The notes: generated by a model not told the origin, from the sequence alone. DNA of 64,000 nt from Candidatus Fervidifonticultor secundus (GCA_031459385.1 JAVKIP010000002.1:190091-254090); one strand, 5' to 3'; shown: positions 38,544-48,029, numbered from the stretch's first letter. Made by a program: numbers and translations.

Positions 38544-39140
38544 TTAGCTGCCGTCGGCCGCCCGCAGGTACCACAGCGCCGTCTCGCCGTAGCGCGCCTC
38601 ACGCTCAAGGCGCCACCCCGCCGCCTCGCCTGGCCGGTCGCGCCAGTGGCCTTCGGCGACGACCAGCCCGTCGGGTGCCAGAACACCGGCGGCCGCGACC
38701 GCCTCCAGGGCCCGGGGGATCCATCCTTGCCCATAGGGGGGGTCCATGAGGATGAGCGCGAAGCGCCGGCCCGCTGCGCCCAGGCGCCGGATGGCCGCCA
38801 GGGCGTCCTCCGCCCTGACCTCCACCCGGTCGGCCGATCCCCGGGCCCGTGCGTGCGCCAGGAGCGCCCGTGCCAGCCGGGCGTCCTGCTCGACGAAAAC
38901 CACGGCCGCCGCCCCCCGGCGCAACGCTTCGAGCCCGAGCGCGCCCGTTCCCGCGAACAGCTCCAGCACCGTCGCCCCCCGGATCCGGTCCCCCAGCGTG
39001 TTGAACAGCGCATCGCGCACGCGTGCGGCCGTAGGCCGCACCCGGATGTCGCCGGCCGTGCGGCGCCGGGCGCCCGGGCTCCGGCCGCGGCGTCCGGCCG
39101 CGGCGTCCGCTCGCGCACGACGAGGGGCGCGCCGGGTCAT
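38544..39140 (-). CDS. rsmD: 16S rRNA m2G966 methyltransferase
   Basis: RPT..RVRDALFN, LFAGTGALGLEAL.RGA and DPPY. Confidence 0.92.
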   Translation of the reverse strand: MTRRAPRRARADAAAGRRGRSPGARRRTAGDIRVRPTAARVRDALFNTLGDRIRGATVLELFAGTGALGLEALRRGAAAVVFVEQDARLARALLAHARARGSADRVEVRAEDALAAIRRLGAAGRRFALILMDPPYGQGWIPRALEAVAAAGVLAPDGLVVAEGHWRDRPGEAAGWRLEREARYGETALWYLRAADGS

Positions 39141-41263
39141 CCGACCGACGCGAGGCCTGCCCCCTGGTGCAGCCGCTGCCGGACGGCCGCGGCGAGCATT
39201 GCTATGTCAGGTGCCTGCAGCGCGGGATCGCGGGCCAGCAGGGCCTCGGCGGCGGCGCTCGCCTCTTCCAGTAGCCCCACATCCGCCACCAGGTCGGCCA
39301 CGCGCAGGCCTGCCGCGCCGTGCTGCCGGGTGCCCAGCACTTCGCCGGGTCCGCGGATCGCCAGGTCCTCCTGGGCGATGCGAAACCCGTCGGTCGTGGC
39401 GGTCATGACGTCGAGCCGCCGTCGCCCCTCTTCGGTCGTGGGGTCGGCCAGCAGGATGCAGGTACCGCGGCATGTCCCACGGCCCACGCGCCCGCGCAGC
39501 TGGTGCAGCTGCGCCAGCCCGTACCGATCCGCGTTCTCGATCACCATGATGGTGGCATTGGGCACGTCGATGCCGACCTCGATCACGGTGGTGGCCACGA
39601 GCACGTCGATGGCGCCGGCGCGGAACGCCTCCATGCGCTCGCCGCGCGCCGCCGCCGGGAGTCGCCCGTGCAGGACCTCCAGGCGCACTCCGGCCAGCGG
39701 TCCCTCGCGCAGGTCGCGCGCTAGCTGTGTGGCAGACGCCGCCTGGACGGCTTCCGACTCCTCGATGAGCGGGCACACCACGTATGCCTGCCGGCCGCTG
39801 ACGACCTGCTGGCGCAGCCAGGCGTACACCTTGGCACGGGCGGCCGTGGGACGCACGTGCGTCGCCACCGGCTGCCGGCCCGGCGGGAGCTCGTCGAGGA
39901 GCGAGACGTCCAGGTCACCGTAGAGGGTCAGGGTCAGCGTGCGCGGAATGGGCGTCGCTGTCATGACCAGCACGTCGGGGGCGGCCCCTTTCTCCCGGAG
40001 GCGTGCCCGCTGCATAACGCCGAACCGGTGCTGCTCGTCGATGACCACCAGCCCCAGCCGCGCGAAGGCCACGCCTTCCTCGAGGAGAGCATGGGTGCCC
40101 ACGGCGACCAGCGGCTCCCCGGCTGCCAGGCGCGCGAGGGCGACCTGCCGCACTGCGGCATCGGCGCCACCGGTGAGCAGGACCACGGGCACGCCCAGGG
40201 GCGCCAGGACCTGGCGCAGCGTGAGGTAGTGCTGCTCCGCCAGGATCTCCGTGGGCGCCATCAGAGCCCCCTGGTACCCGCCGTCCACGCAGGCGACGAG
40301 GGCCGCAGCGGCCACGACGGTCTTGCCGGCCCCCACATCCCCCTGGAGGAGCCGGTTCATCGGCACGGGACCGCGCAGGTCCCGCAGAATCTCGTCGATC
40401 ACCCGGCGCTGCGCGCCGGTCAGCGGATACGGCAGCGACGCCGCAAACTGCGCGAGCACTCGCCCCGGCGGCCCATAGGCCGCAGCGCGCGGGACCGCGC
40501 GGAGAGTCCGGCGCTGCTCCAGGACGCCCAGGCGCAGGACGAGCAGCTCCTCGAAGGCCAACCGGCGGCGTGCTGCCGCGTACTCCTCCTCGCGGTCGGG
40601 GAAGTGGACAGCCCACAGCGCCTGGCGCAGCGGCGGGAGCCCGTGGCGGGTCCGCAGGTCCGCCGGCAGCACGTCGGGAACCGCGTCCGCGCACGCCGCC
40701 AGCGCATCGCGCACCAGGACCCGGAGGGTGCGCTGAGGGAGGCCTTCGGTCGTCGGGTAGATGGGCACCAGCCGGCCGATGTGCAGGGAATCTGCCTGGG
40801 GCTCGAGGATCTCGAACTCCGGCGCCACGAACTGCAGGCCGCGCCCCGCGCGCTCCACGCGCCCGTACAGGCTCACCTGCTGGCCCCGGGCCAGGGTGGT
40901 GACGAGATACGGCTGATGGAACCAGATGGCCAGGGCGGCGCCCGTGGTGTCCACGACGCCTGCGCGCACGATGGGGATGCCGCGGCGGGTCCGGATCAGT
41001 TGCACGCGCTCGATGCGGACGATCGCCGCCTGCTCGACGCCTTCGCGCAGCAGTGCCAGCGGCGTGGGGTGGCGTCGGTCTTCGTGCCGCCGGGGCAGGT
41101 GCAGCAGCAGATCCCGGACCGTTTCGATCCCCAGGCGCCCGAGCAACCCGGCCCTGGCCGGTCCAACGCCGCGCAGGTACTGGACGGCGTCATCAGGCCG
41201 GAGCCGGCGGGTGCGGCCGGCGACCGCGGGAGCGTCGACGGGAGCGGTGCGGCGCCTGGTCAT
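39137..41263 (-). CDS. recG: ATP-dependent DNA helicase RecG
   Basis: QGDVGAGKT, DEQHRFGV, MTATPIPRTL, QLRGRVGRG and DGF.IA..DL.IRGPG. Confidence 0.96.
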   Translation of the reverse strand: MTRRRTAPVDAPAVAGRTRRLRPDDAVQYLRGVGPARAGLLGRLGIETVRDLLLHLPRRHEDRRHPTPLALLREGVEQAAIVRIERVQLIRTRRGIPIVRAGVVDTTGAALAIWFHQPYLVTTLARGQQVSLYGRVERAGRGLQFVAPEFEILEPQADSLHIGRLVPIYPTTEGLPQRTLRVLVRDALAACADAVPDVLPADLRTRHGLPPLRQALWAVHFPDREEEYAAARRRLAFEELLVLRLGVLEQRRTLRAVPRAAAYGPPGRVLAQFAASLPYPLTGAQRRVIDEILRDLRGPVPMNRLLQGDVGAGKTVVAAAALVACVDGGYQGALMAPTEILAEQHYLTLRQVLAPLGVPVVLLTGGADAAVRQVALARLAAGEPLVAVGTHALLEEGVAFARLGLVVIDEQHRFGVMQRARLREKGAAPDVLVMTATPIPRTLTLTLYGDLDVSLLDELPPGRQPVATHVRPTAARAKVYAWLRQQVVSGRQAYVVCPLIEESEAVQAASATQLARDLREGPLAGVRLEVLHGRLPAAARGERMEAFRAGAIDVLVATTVIEVGIDVPNATIMVIENADRYGLAQLHQLRGRVGRGTCRGTCILLADPTTEEGRRRLDVMTATTDGFRIAQEDLAIRGPGEVLGTRQHGAAGLRVADLVADVGLLEEASAAAEALLARDPALQAPDIAMLAAAVRQRLHQGAGLASVG

Positions 41264-41386
41264 GCGTCACCAGCCCGCCGGAATCACGGGCCTGGCTTCT
41301 TGTTCGCCGCCGCTTCCACCTCTCCTTGCCGCGGCCGCGGCCCGGCCCGCGGACGTGGCGCACCTGTCCACCGCGGGCCCGCCGTG

Positions 41387-41415
41387 TTGCTCTCCGCGCG
41401 ACCGCGTGGTACAAT
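41387..41415 (+). promoter_or_regulatory. SigA promoter for rpmB
   Basis: TTGCTC-N17-TACAAT with an extended TG. Confidence 0.65.
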
Positions 41416-41467
41416 CGGCCGGGCCCCGATCCAGAACGGTCGGGCACACGCGACAGGACGGTGACGC

Positions 41468-41725
41468 ATGGCGCGGCGATGTGCGATCTGCGGCAAGGGT
41501 CCGGCGGCGGGCTACAGCCTCAGCCACTCCCATGTGCGGTCGCACCGGCGCTTCCTGCCGAACCTACAGCGGGTGCGCGTGGTGATCGGTGGGGTGGCGC
41601 GCAGGGCCAGCGTCTGTACTGCGTGTCTGAAGGCCGGACGGGCGCGGCGCGCCGTCTACGCCCCGGTGCGCGCGTCGTCCGAGGCCGCAAAGACGGCGGC
41701 CACCTCCGCGGCGCCCAGCACGTAG
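41468..41725 (+). CDS. rpmB: 50S ribosomal protein L28 (C-terminally extended)
   Basis: MARRCAICGK..SHSH..RRFLPNLQ..VCTACLKAG. Confidence 0.93.
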   Translation: MARRCAICGKGPAAGYSLSHSHVRSHRRFLPNLQRVRVVIGGVARRASVCTACLKAGRARRAVYAPVRASSEAAKTAATSAAPST

Positions 41726-42552
41726 CGTTCCCCGCAGAACCGGCACTGGACTTCGATCCGTCCCTCCTCGTGCAGGAGTCGGTCGGCTTCCGCACGTCCC
41801 AGGGCGACCAGCACGTCTTCGACCTTGCGCGCGCTGCACCGGCATGCGAACCGCACGGGGCGCTCTTCGCGCGCGGCCAGCGGAAGCCCACCGAGCGCGA
41901 CCCGCAGCATCTCGTCGGGTGACGCCCCGTCGCGCACCATCTGGGTCACGGCCGGCAGCGCCCGGGCCCGCTCCTCAAGGTAGGCCGGAATCCACGCGGG
42001 CGCGCCCGGCATCACCTGGAGCAGGAGCCCGCCGGCCGCCAGCACGCGCTCCTGCGGGCTGACCAGGACGCCCACGGCGACCACCGACGGCACCTGCTCG
42101 CTCTGCATCAGGTAGGCGGCGAGATCTTCCCCGATCTCGCCGGAGACGAGCGGCACGCTACCCTGGTACGGGTCGCGGAGCCCGAGGTCGCGCGTCACGT
42201 GGAAGATCCCGCGGCGGCCCACGGCCCCGCCGACGTCCAGCTTGCGGGCCGGCGTCGGCGGCAGGTCGGTCCGCGGGTTGGTCACGTAGCCGCGCACCGT
42301 GCCGTCGGCCGTGCTCTCCGAGATCATCGGCCCGAGCGGCCCGTCACCCAGCACGCGAATCATGACGGTCTGGCGGCCCTTCAGCGTTGCGCCCAGCATC
42401 GCGGCGGCCACCAGGCCGCGCCCGAGCGCCGCCGTCGCCGTCGGCAGCGTGCCGTGGCGCCGGCGGGCCTCTTCCGTCGCGTGCGTGGCCACCGTCGCGC
42501 AGGCGAGCACCGTGCCGTCGGCGGCCACGGCGCGCACCAGCCCGTCGGGCAT
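41656..42552 (-). CDS. hslO: Hsp33 redox-regulated chaperone
   Basis: PTATAALGR, GDGPLG, SGEIGEDL..Y..SEQ and the CRC...CRFC zinc motif. Confidence 0.95.
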   Translation of the reverse strand: MPDGLVRAVAADGTVLACATVATHATEEARRRHGTLPTATAALGRGLVAAAMLGATLKGRQTVMIRVLGDGPLGPMISESTADGTVRGYVTNPRTDLPPTPARKLDVGGAVGRRGIFHVTRDLGLRDPYQGSVPLVSGEIGEDLAAYLMQSEQVPSVVAVGVLVSPQERVLAAGGLLLQVMPGAPAWIPAYLEERARALPAVTQMVRDGASPDEMLRVALGGLPLAAREERPVRFACRCSARKVEDVLVALGRAEADRLLHEEGRIEVQCRFCGERYVLGAAEVAAVFAASDDARTGA

Positions 42553-42584
42553 TTCCGTCACGCTCCTCACGAACGATCCCTGGT

Positions 42585-43397
42585 CTAGAGAACGTCGGCG
42601 GCGGCCGGAATCTGCCCGTGCATGGGATTCGCCGGCCCGTGGCCACGTCCCAGCGGCAGGGCGGCCCAGATCGCGGCAGTGACGAACGCCTTGGCGCGAC
42701 GCACGGCGTCCTCGAGCCCCCGCCCCTTGGCCAGCTCTGCAGCGATCGCCGAGGCAAAGATGCAGCCGGTGCCGTGCGTGTGCGGGGTGGCGATGCGCTC
42801 GGTGCGCAGGCGCACCAGGCGCTGGCCGTCCCAGAGCACGTCGGTGGGCTCGGTCTCCAGGTGGCCGCCTTTGACCACCACCGCGCGCGGGCCGAGCGCG
42901 TGCAGGCGGCGGGCGGCGTCCTCCATCTCGTCCGGCGTGCGGATCTCCCGCCCGAGCAGCGCCCGCGCCTCGTGCAGATTGGGCGTGAGGACCGTGGCCA
43001 GTGGCAGCAGCACCGTGCGCAGCGCGTCCACGGCGTCGGGCCGCAGCAGCGGGGCGCCCGACTTGGCGATCATCACCGGATCCACCACCACCACGTCGAG
43101 CCGGTGGGTCCGGAGGCGGTCCGCCACGGCCTCGATGATACTTGCGCTGGCCAGCATGCCGGTCTTGACGGCATCGACGCCGATATCGGCGACCACCGCG
43201 TCGATCTGCCGGGCCACGAACTCGGGCGCGACTTCCACGACGCCGACGACGCCGACCGTGTTCTGCGCGGTGAGCGCAGTGATGGCGGTCATGCCGAAGA
43301 CGCCCAGGGCGGAGAAGGTCTTCAGGTCGGCCTGAATGCCCGCGCCGCCACCCGAGTCGCTTCCGGCGATGGTCAGGGCTCGCGGAATTCCGGTCAT
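42585..43397 (-). CDS. thiD: Hydroxymethylpyrimidine/phosphomethylpyrimidine kinase
   Basis: TIAGSDSGGGAGIQADLKT, DPVM, TPNLHEA and THGTGC. Confidence 0.95.
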   Translation of the reverse strand: MTGIPRALTIAGSDSGGGAGIQADLKTFSALGVFGMTAITALTAQNTVGVVGVVEVAPEFVARQIDAVVADIGVDAVKTGMLASASIIEAVADRLRTHRLDVVVVDPVMIAKSGAPLLRPDAVDALRTVLLPLATVLTPNLHEARALLGREIRTPDEMEDAARRLHALGPRAVVVKGGHLETEPTDVLWDGQRLVRLRTERIATPHTHGTGCIFASAIAAELAKGRGLEDAVRRAKAFVTAAIWAALPLGRGHGPANPMHGQIPAAADVL

Positions 43398-44386
43398 GGC
43401 ATCCCCCGTGGTGCGAAGTGGTCCCACCCCCCGGCCAGCGGGCGCTCGGACCCGTCGGGCATGCGCACGCTGACGCCGGCGGCGGCCGGCCGAACCGCGC
43501 CGATCGCCGTCAGCGGTGTGCCAGTGGGCACCAGGGCGGCCGTGAGCGCCTCGGCATCCGCCGGGGCCGCAGCGAGCAGCAGCTCGTAGTCTTCGCCGCC
43601 GAACAGGGCGAGGCTCAGTGGGTCCTCGCCCAGCCGCTCGGCGGCCTCCCGCACGGCACCCGCGATCGGCAGCCGGGCCGCATCGACGACAGCCCCGACG
43701 CCACTCTCTTCCGCCATGCGGTGGGCGTCGCTGCCCAACCCGTCGCTGATGTCCAGCGCCGCGCGTACCCGCCCGGTAGCGGCCAGCGCCAGCCCCTCGC
43801 GCACCCGCGGGGTCGGCGTGCAGTATGCCTCGACGAGGGGACCGGCCCGCGTGCCACCGCGCAGCAGCCGCAGGCCGGCGGCGGCGCGCCCCAGGCTCCC
43901 GGTCACGAACAACAGGTCACCGGGGCGGGCGCCACAGCGGCGCAGCACACGGGCTGGCTCGACCTCTCCCAGCACCGTCACGTCGATGACGAGCGGCCCG
44001 GGCGTGCTGCTGATGTTGCCGCCGGCGAGATCCAGGCCCCAGCGGCCCGCCTCCGCCAGCAGGCCGTCGTACATGCGCTCCAGCCAGGAGACCTCAAGTG
44101 CCGCCGGCAGGAGCAGCGAGGCCAGCGCGAACGTCGGGCGGCCGCCCATCGCCGCAATGTCGCTGACGTTCACGGCCAGCGCGCGGCGGCCCACCTGCTC
44201 GGGCGTCATCAGGTCCCGGAGGAAGTGGATGCCGTCGACCTGGGCATCGACGGTGGCGAGCACGGCCCGGTCGCCCGTCCCGGGCAGAACCGCCGCGTCA
44301 TCGCCGAGGTAGGCCGAGCCGAGCCGGCGCCGCAGGCGCGCCAGCAGCGGGAACTCGCCGAGGTCAGCGATGCGCTCGGGCGGCAT
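43394..44386 (-). CDS. thiL: Thiamine-monophosphate kinase
   Basis: GEF.L, GDDAA, NVSDIAAMGG, DISDGL, GGEDYELL and GWDHF. Confidence 0.94.
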   Translation of the reverse strand: MPPERIADLGEFPLLARLRRRLGSAYLGDDAAVLPGTGDRAVLATVDAQVDGIHFLRDLMTPEQVGRRALAVNVSDIAAMGGRPTFALASLLLPAALEVSWLERMYDGLLAEAGRWGLDLAGGNISSTPGPLVIDVTVLGEVEPARVLRRCGARPGDLLFVTGSLGRAAAGLRLLRGGTRAGPLVEAYCTPTPRVREGLALAATGRVRAALDISDGLGSDAHRMAEESGVGAVVDAARLPIAGAVREAAERLGEDPLSLALFGGEDYELLLAAAPADAEALTAALVPTGTPLTAIGAVRPAAAGVSVRMPDGSERPLAGGWDHFAPRGMP

Positions 44387-44993
44387 CGACCTGCGCGCGC
44401 AAGGCCCGGGCGGCTGCGGCGATGTCGGGCTGCGCGACGACTGCAGAGATGACCGCGACGCCGGCCGCGCCCGCGCGCACGACCTGCGCGGCGTTCTCAA
44501 CGGTGATCCCGCCGATCCCGACCACCGGCACCCTGACCGCCCGGACGATACGGGCCAGGGCGTCCACGCCGATCGCCTCCCCCGCGTCGGCCTTCGTGCC
44601 GGTGGCGAAGACCGACCCCACGCCCAGGTAGTCGGCGCCCTCGGCCTCAGCCCGCACCGCGGCCTCCAGGGTCCCCGCGGAGGCCCCGACGATCCTCCCT
44701 GGCCCCAAGAGGCGCCGGGCGGCGGGCACGGGGAGGTCGTCTTCGCCCACGTGGACCCCATCCGCCTCGCACGCCACCGCGACGTCCGCGCGGTCGTTCA
44801 CGATGAACAGCACGCCCTGGCCGCGACACAGCGCCCCCAGCCGCCGCCCGACCTCGACGAGCTCCCGGGCGGGCGCAGCCTTGTCGCGCAACTGGATGGC
44901 GGTGGCGCCGCCGGCGATCGCGGCCTCGGCCTGGGCCTCGTGGCTGCGGCCGGACAGCACCCGGTCGGTGATCACGTACAGCCTCAGATCCAC
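44364..44993 (-). CDS. thiE: Thiamine-phosphate synthase
   Basis: LYVITD, QLRDK, VNDR.D, GVHVG.DD, TGTK and IGGI. Confidence 0.95.
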   Translation of the reverse strand: MDLRLYVITDRVLSGRSHEAQAEAAIAGGATAIQLRDKAAPARELVEVGRRLGALCRGQGVLFIVNDRADVAVACEADGVHVGEDDLPVPAARRLLGPGRIVGASAGTLEAAVRAEAEGADYLGVGSVFATGTKADAGEAIGVDALARIVRAVRVPVVGIGGITVENAAQVVRAGAAGVAVISAVVAQPDIAAAARALRAQVDAARAHR

Positions 44994-45811
44994 GCGTTCT
45001 CCACGACGCGCGCTCCCGTGTGCGCCGCAAGACGCTCCGACGGCAGCGCGGCCAGCGCGTCGAGCAGCGCCGGCAGCAGCGAGCCGGGCCCGGCGGCGGC
45101 GGTGGCCGCCTGCGATGCCGCCACGTCCAGCAGCACGAGGCCCGCGGCCGCGGCCAGGAGATGGTCGGCTTCGACCGCCGCGCAGGCCCCGACGAGCGCC
45201 GTGGCCAGATCTCCCGCGCCGATAACGCCGTCGAGCGCCGCCGTCTGATGATCGACCACGATGTGGCGCCGCCCGTCGTGGACGTGGTCGGTCGCCCCCG
45301 TGATCGCCGCGACGGTGCCGTAGCGCCGTGCCAGCGCGCGCGCGGCCTCCGCCGGCTCGCCGACATCCAGGGCCTCCACGCCGCGGACGGTCCCGGTCGC
45401 ACCGTGCAGAGCGGCCGCTTCTCCCGCGTTGGCGCGCACGATCGCCACCCCGGGCCCCGCGAGAAAACCGCGGGCCGCTGCCGTACGGAACGCCGACACC
45501 CCCGCGGCCACGGGATCCAGCACGACTGGCCGGCCGCGGGCGACCGCGACACCCGCCGCGCGGTGCGCGGCGACGAGGCGCTCCCGGGAGGGCGTGCCGA
45601 GGTTTATCACCACGGCGTCGGCCGACGCAGCCACCTCGTCCACCTCCTCGGGCGCCGACGCCATCACGGGCACCGCGCCGGCGGCGCGAATCGCCTGGGC
45701 GACCGTGTGCATCGTGACCATGTTCGTCAGACAGTGCACCAGCGGCCGCGTGGCGCGCAGCCGGACCAGGCAGGTGGCTGCCGCCTCGCCGACGGACCCG
45801 GGCGGGGCCAC
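44984..45811 (-). CDS. thiM: Hydroxyethylthiazole kinase
   Basis: PLVHCLTNMVT, PVMA, INLGT, LDPV, RANAGE and ITGATD. The anion-hole motif reads GAGD. Confidence 0.9.
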   Translation of the reverse strand: MAPPGSVGEAAATCLVRLRATRPLVHCLTNMVTMHTVAQAIRAAGAVPVMASAPEEVDEVAASADAVVINLGTPSRERLVAAHRAAGVAVARGRPVVLDPVAAGVSAFRTAAARGFLAGPGVAIVRANAGEAAALHGATGTVRGVEALDVGEPAEAARALARRYGTVAAITGATDHVHDGRRHIVVDHQTAALDGVIGAGDLATALVGACAAVEADHLLAAAAGLVLLDVAASQAATAAAGPGSLLPALLDALAALPSERLAAHTGARVVENAWI

Positions 45812-45816
45812 GAGCC

Positions 45817-46326
45817 CTACGGGCGCCTGTCGCCGGCGAGCGGCAGCGAGGGGATCCGCAACCGCTGCAGGCTCTTCACCACCAGCACGCCGAGCACTGC
45901 GCCGGGGATGCTGCTGGTCAGGAAGACCGACTGGAGCGTTGCCCACGGGATGGCCTTCCCCATCACGACCGGTGCCACGACGAACGCGGCCAGCGTCGCG
46001 CCGATCGGCCCGGTGCCCAGGGGCTCCAGCAGCCCGACCCATTCCCGCCGCCACCACCGGTACGCGAACCCGACGACCAGGGCGCCGGGAATGCCGCCGG
46101 GGAAGGCCAGCGGAGTGCCCACACCCAGCAGGTTGCGCAGGATCGCGGCCACGGTCGCGGCCAGCGCCGCGTACCAGGGCCCCAGGGTCATCGCGGCCAC
46201 GACGTTGGTCATGTGCTGCCAGGGCAGCGGCTTCGCACCTGCCACGGGAATCGCCCCGGGCACGAACGACAGCACCACGGGCAACGCCGCGAACAGTGCC
46301 GCCAGCACCAGCCGTCGGGTCTCCAT
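45817..46326 (-). CDS. thiW: ECF S-component thiazole transporter ThiW
   Basis: PWQHMTNVVAA..LGPWY, LRNLLG.GTPLAFPG and EPLGTG.IG. Confidence 0.9.
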   Translation of the reverse strand: METRRLVLAALFAALPVVLSFVPGAIPVAGAKPLPWQHMTNVVAAMTLGPWYAALAATVAAILRNLLGVGTPLAFPGGIPGALVVGFAYRWWRREWVGLLEPLGTGPIGATLAAFVVAPVVMGKAIPWATLQSVFLTSSIPGAVLGVLVVKSLQRLRIPSLPLAGDRRP

Positions 46327-46382
46327 CGTCTGCCTCCCCCGGCGCATCCGGCCCGCCGTCTGCAGCCGGCGCGGTGCCGTCA

Positions 46383-46423
46383 CAAAATCTGCAGCCGCCC
46401 CGTCCATAGAGACTGGCGGCTGC
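46383..46423 (-). terminator. Terminator hairpin of the TPP riboswitch expression platform
   Basis: gcagccgcc...ggcggctgc stem followed by AGATTTTG on the minus strand. Confidence 0.6.
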
Positions 46424-46435
46424 GTCGGCCTGCCC

Positions 46436-46546
46436 TCCCCACGCCAGCATTACCTGGATCGGGTCCAACGGGTCGGCGAATATCCCGGCGCTCCCTCCGG
46501 GTGGTTCGCCCTCTCAGCCCGCCTGCTTCCGAGCTCCCCAACGGTG
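46436..46546 (-). promoter_or_regulatory. TPP riboswitch
   Basis: GGGGAGC..GCTGAGA..GACCC..ACCCGATCCAGGTAATGCTGGCGTGGGGA upstream of thiW. Promoter TTGCGG-N17-TATCAT at 46563-46591. Confidence 0.93.
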
Positions 46547-46599
46547 TTCAGTTGCCACCTGTATGATACGGGCGCCCGCCGTACTCCGCAAGAACTGGC

Positions 46600-47580
46600 C
46601 TACGCCTCCAGCACGCGCCACAGCTCGTCGCGGTCGAGGGGCGCCAGCGCGCTCGTGCGCCCGGCCCGGACGATCTCCCGCGGTCCGTCCGTGAGCCGGC
46701 CGACGACCGCGGCGGGAATTCCCTCCGCAGCCAGGGCGGCCAGCAACGCCGGCGCATCGGCTGTGGCCATGAGCATCGCGCCGCTGCCGATGAGCCCCAG
46801 GGGATCCACACCCAGGGCCGCGCAGACGGCGCGGGTCTCTTCGGCGACCGGCACGGTGTCGGCGTCCAGGCGCACACCGCACCCCGAGGCCTCGGCCAGC
46901 TCCCACGTGCCGGTCACCACTCCTCCCTCGGTCACGTCGTGCATGGCCGCCACGCCGGCGCGGGCGCCGACCCGACCCTCGGGCACGACGCTGATCCGCT
47001 CGATGAACGCCCGCGCTCGCGCCAGCACCGCCTCGTCCACCTGCGAGCGCAGCCGCGCGGCCAGGTCTTCGGCGAGAATTGCCGTCCCCTCGATGCCGGC
47101 GCCCTTGGTCAGGACGAGCCAGTGCCCGGGCCGGCCGCCTGCGGCCGACACGAACCCGCCACGGGGCACCCGGCCGATGGCAGCCGTCATGGCCAGCGGG
47201 CGGTCGATCCCCGGCGTCACCTCGGTGTGCCCGCCGACGATCTCCGCGCCCACGCTGCGGGCGGCCTCCCCGGCCTCGCGCATGATGCGGTCCAGGTCGT
47301 CGTCCGTGGCGGCCTCCGGGAGCAGGAGCGTCAGCAGGACCCCCACAGGCTCGGCGCCCGTGGTCGCCAGGTCGTTGCAGACGACGTGGACCGCCAGCCG
47401 GCCCAGGTGGGCCGACGCGCCGGTAATGGGATCGCACGTGACCACGCAGGCCGACGGTCCGAAGTCGAGCACCGCGCAGTCCTCACCGACGGCCGCGTGG
47501 ACGAGCACGTCGGCACGGTGCCCCAGGTGGGGGAAGATGCGCTGGCGCAGGGTGAGCGCAGAGACCTTACCGATCCGCAT
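46600..47580 (-). CDS. AIR synthase (PurM/HypE/ThiL-like) family protein
   Basis: MRIGKV, GEDCA, CDPIT, NDLAT.GAEP, GGHTEVT, MHDVTEGG and DPLGLIGSG. Confidence 0.88.
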   Translation of the reverse strand: MRIGKVSALTLRQRIFPHLGHRADVLVHAAVGEDCAVLDFGPSACVVTCDPITGASAHLGRLAVHVVCNDLATTGAEPVGVLLTLLLPEAATDDDLDRIMREAGEAARSVGAEIVGGHTEVTPGIDRPLAMTAAIGRVPRGGFVSAAGGRPGHWLVLTKGAGIEGTAILAEDLAARLRSQVDEAVLARARAFIERISVVPEGRVGARAGVAAMHDVTEGGVVTGTWELAEASGCGVRLDADTVPVAEETRAVCAALGVDPLGLIGSGAMLMATADAPALLAALAAEGIPAAVVGRLTDGPREIVRAGRTSALAPLDRDELWRVLEA

Positions 47581-47719
47581 GGTCATCCGAGGGCGCATCG
47601 GGCGGGACGCCGGGGCGCCGGTTCGGGTGCCACCCGTCACCTCGCGCGTGGCCGCCGGGCCCAGGCCCGCGCCGCCCGAGAGGAACCCGCCCTGCCGCCC
47701 CGAACCCCACCGTCGTCCA

Positions 47720-47953
47720 ATGAGCGAGACCGCCTACCTCCTGATCCGACTCGACCGCAGCACCCCTGCCGAGGTGGCCCGGCGGGTCCGGCGCGTGCCG
47801 GGCGTGGCCGAGGCCGCCGTGACCATGGGCGAGGTCGACGTCCTGGCGATCGCGCGCGACGAGACCACGAAAGGCCTGGCGGAGATCAGCAATCAGATCC
47901 AGTCCATCGAGGGCGTGAAGAGCGTCTCCGTGTGCGTGGTCGTACGGCCATAG
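47720..47953 (+). CDS. Stand-alone Lrp/AsnC ligand-binding (RAM) domain protein
   Basis: AYLLI..V..V..VPGV..A..TMGE.DV.A...I..I.GV. These are the last 78 codons of the long shadow ORF 45020-47953. Confidence 0.8.
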   Translation: MSETAYLLIRLDRSTPAEVARRVRRVPGVAEAAVTMGEVDVLAIARDETTKGLAEISNQIQSIEGVKSVSVCVVVRP

Positions 47954-48029
47954 AGTCCGCCCGACACGCCGCGCAGGTGTGGCCGGGCCCGCCGCGCACG
48001 GTCGGCCGCAACCCGCCGGTCGGGGCATG

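Noticed and set aside
37644..39923. 759-aa plus-strand ORF
   Set aside because: Antisense to coaD, rsmD and recG, with no domain signal.
45020..47719. N-terminal 900 aa of the 977-aa plus-strand ORF
   Set aside because: Low-complexity Ala/Arg/Pro/Ser shadow across thiM, thiW and the riboswitch. Only the last 78 codons look like a real gene.
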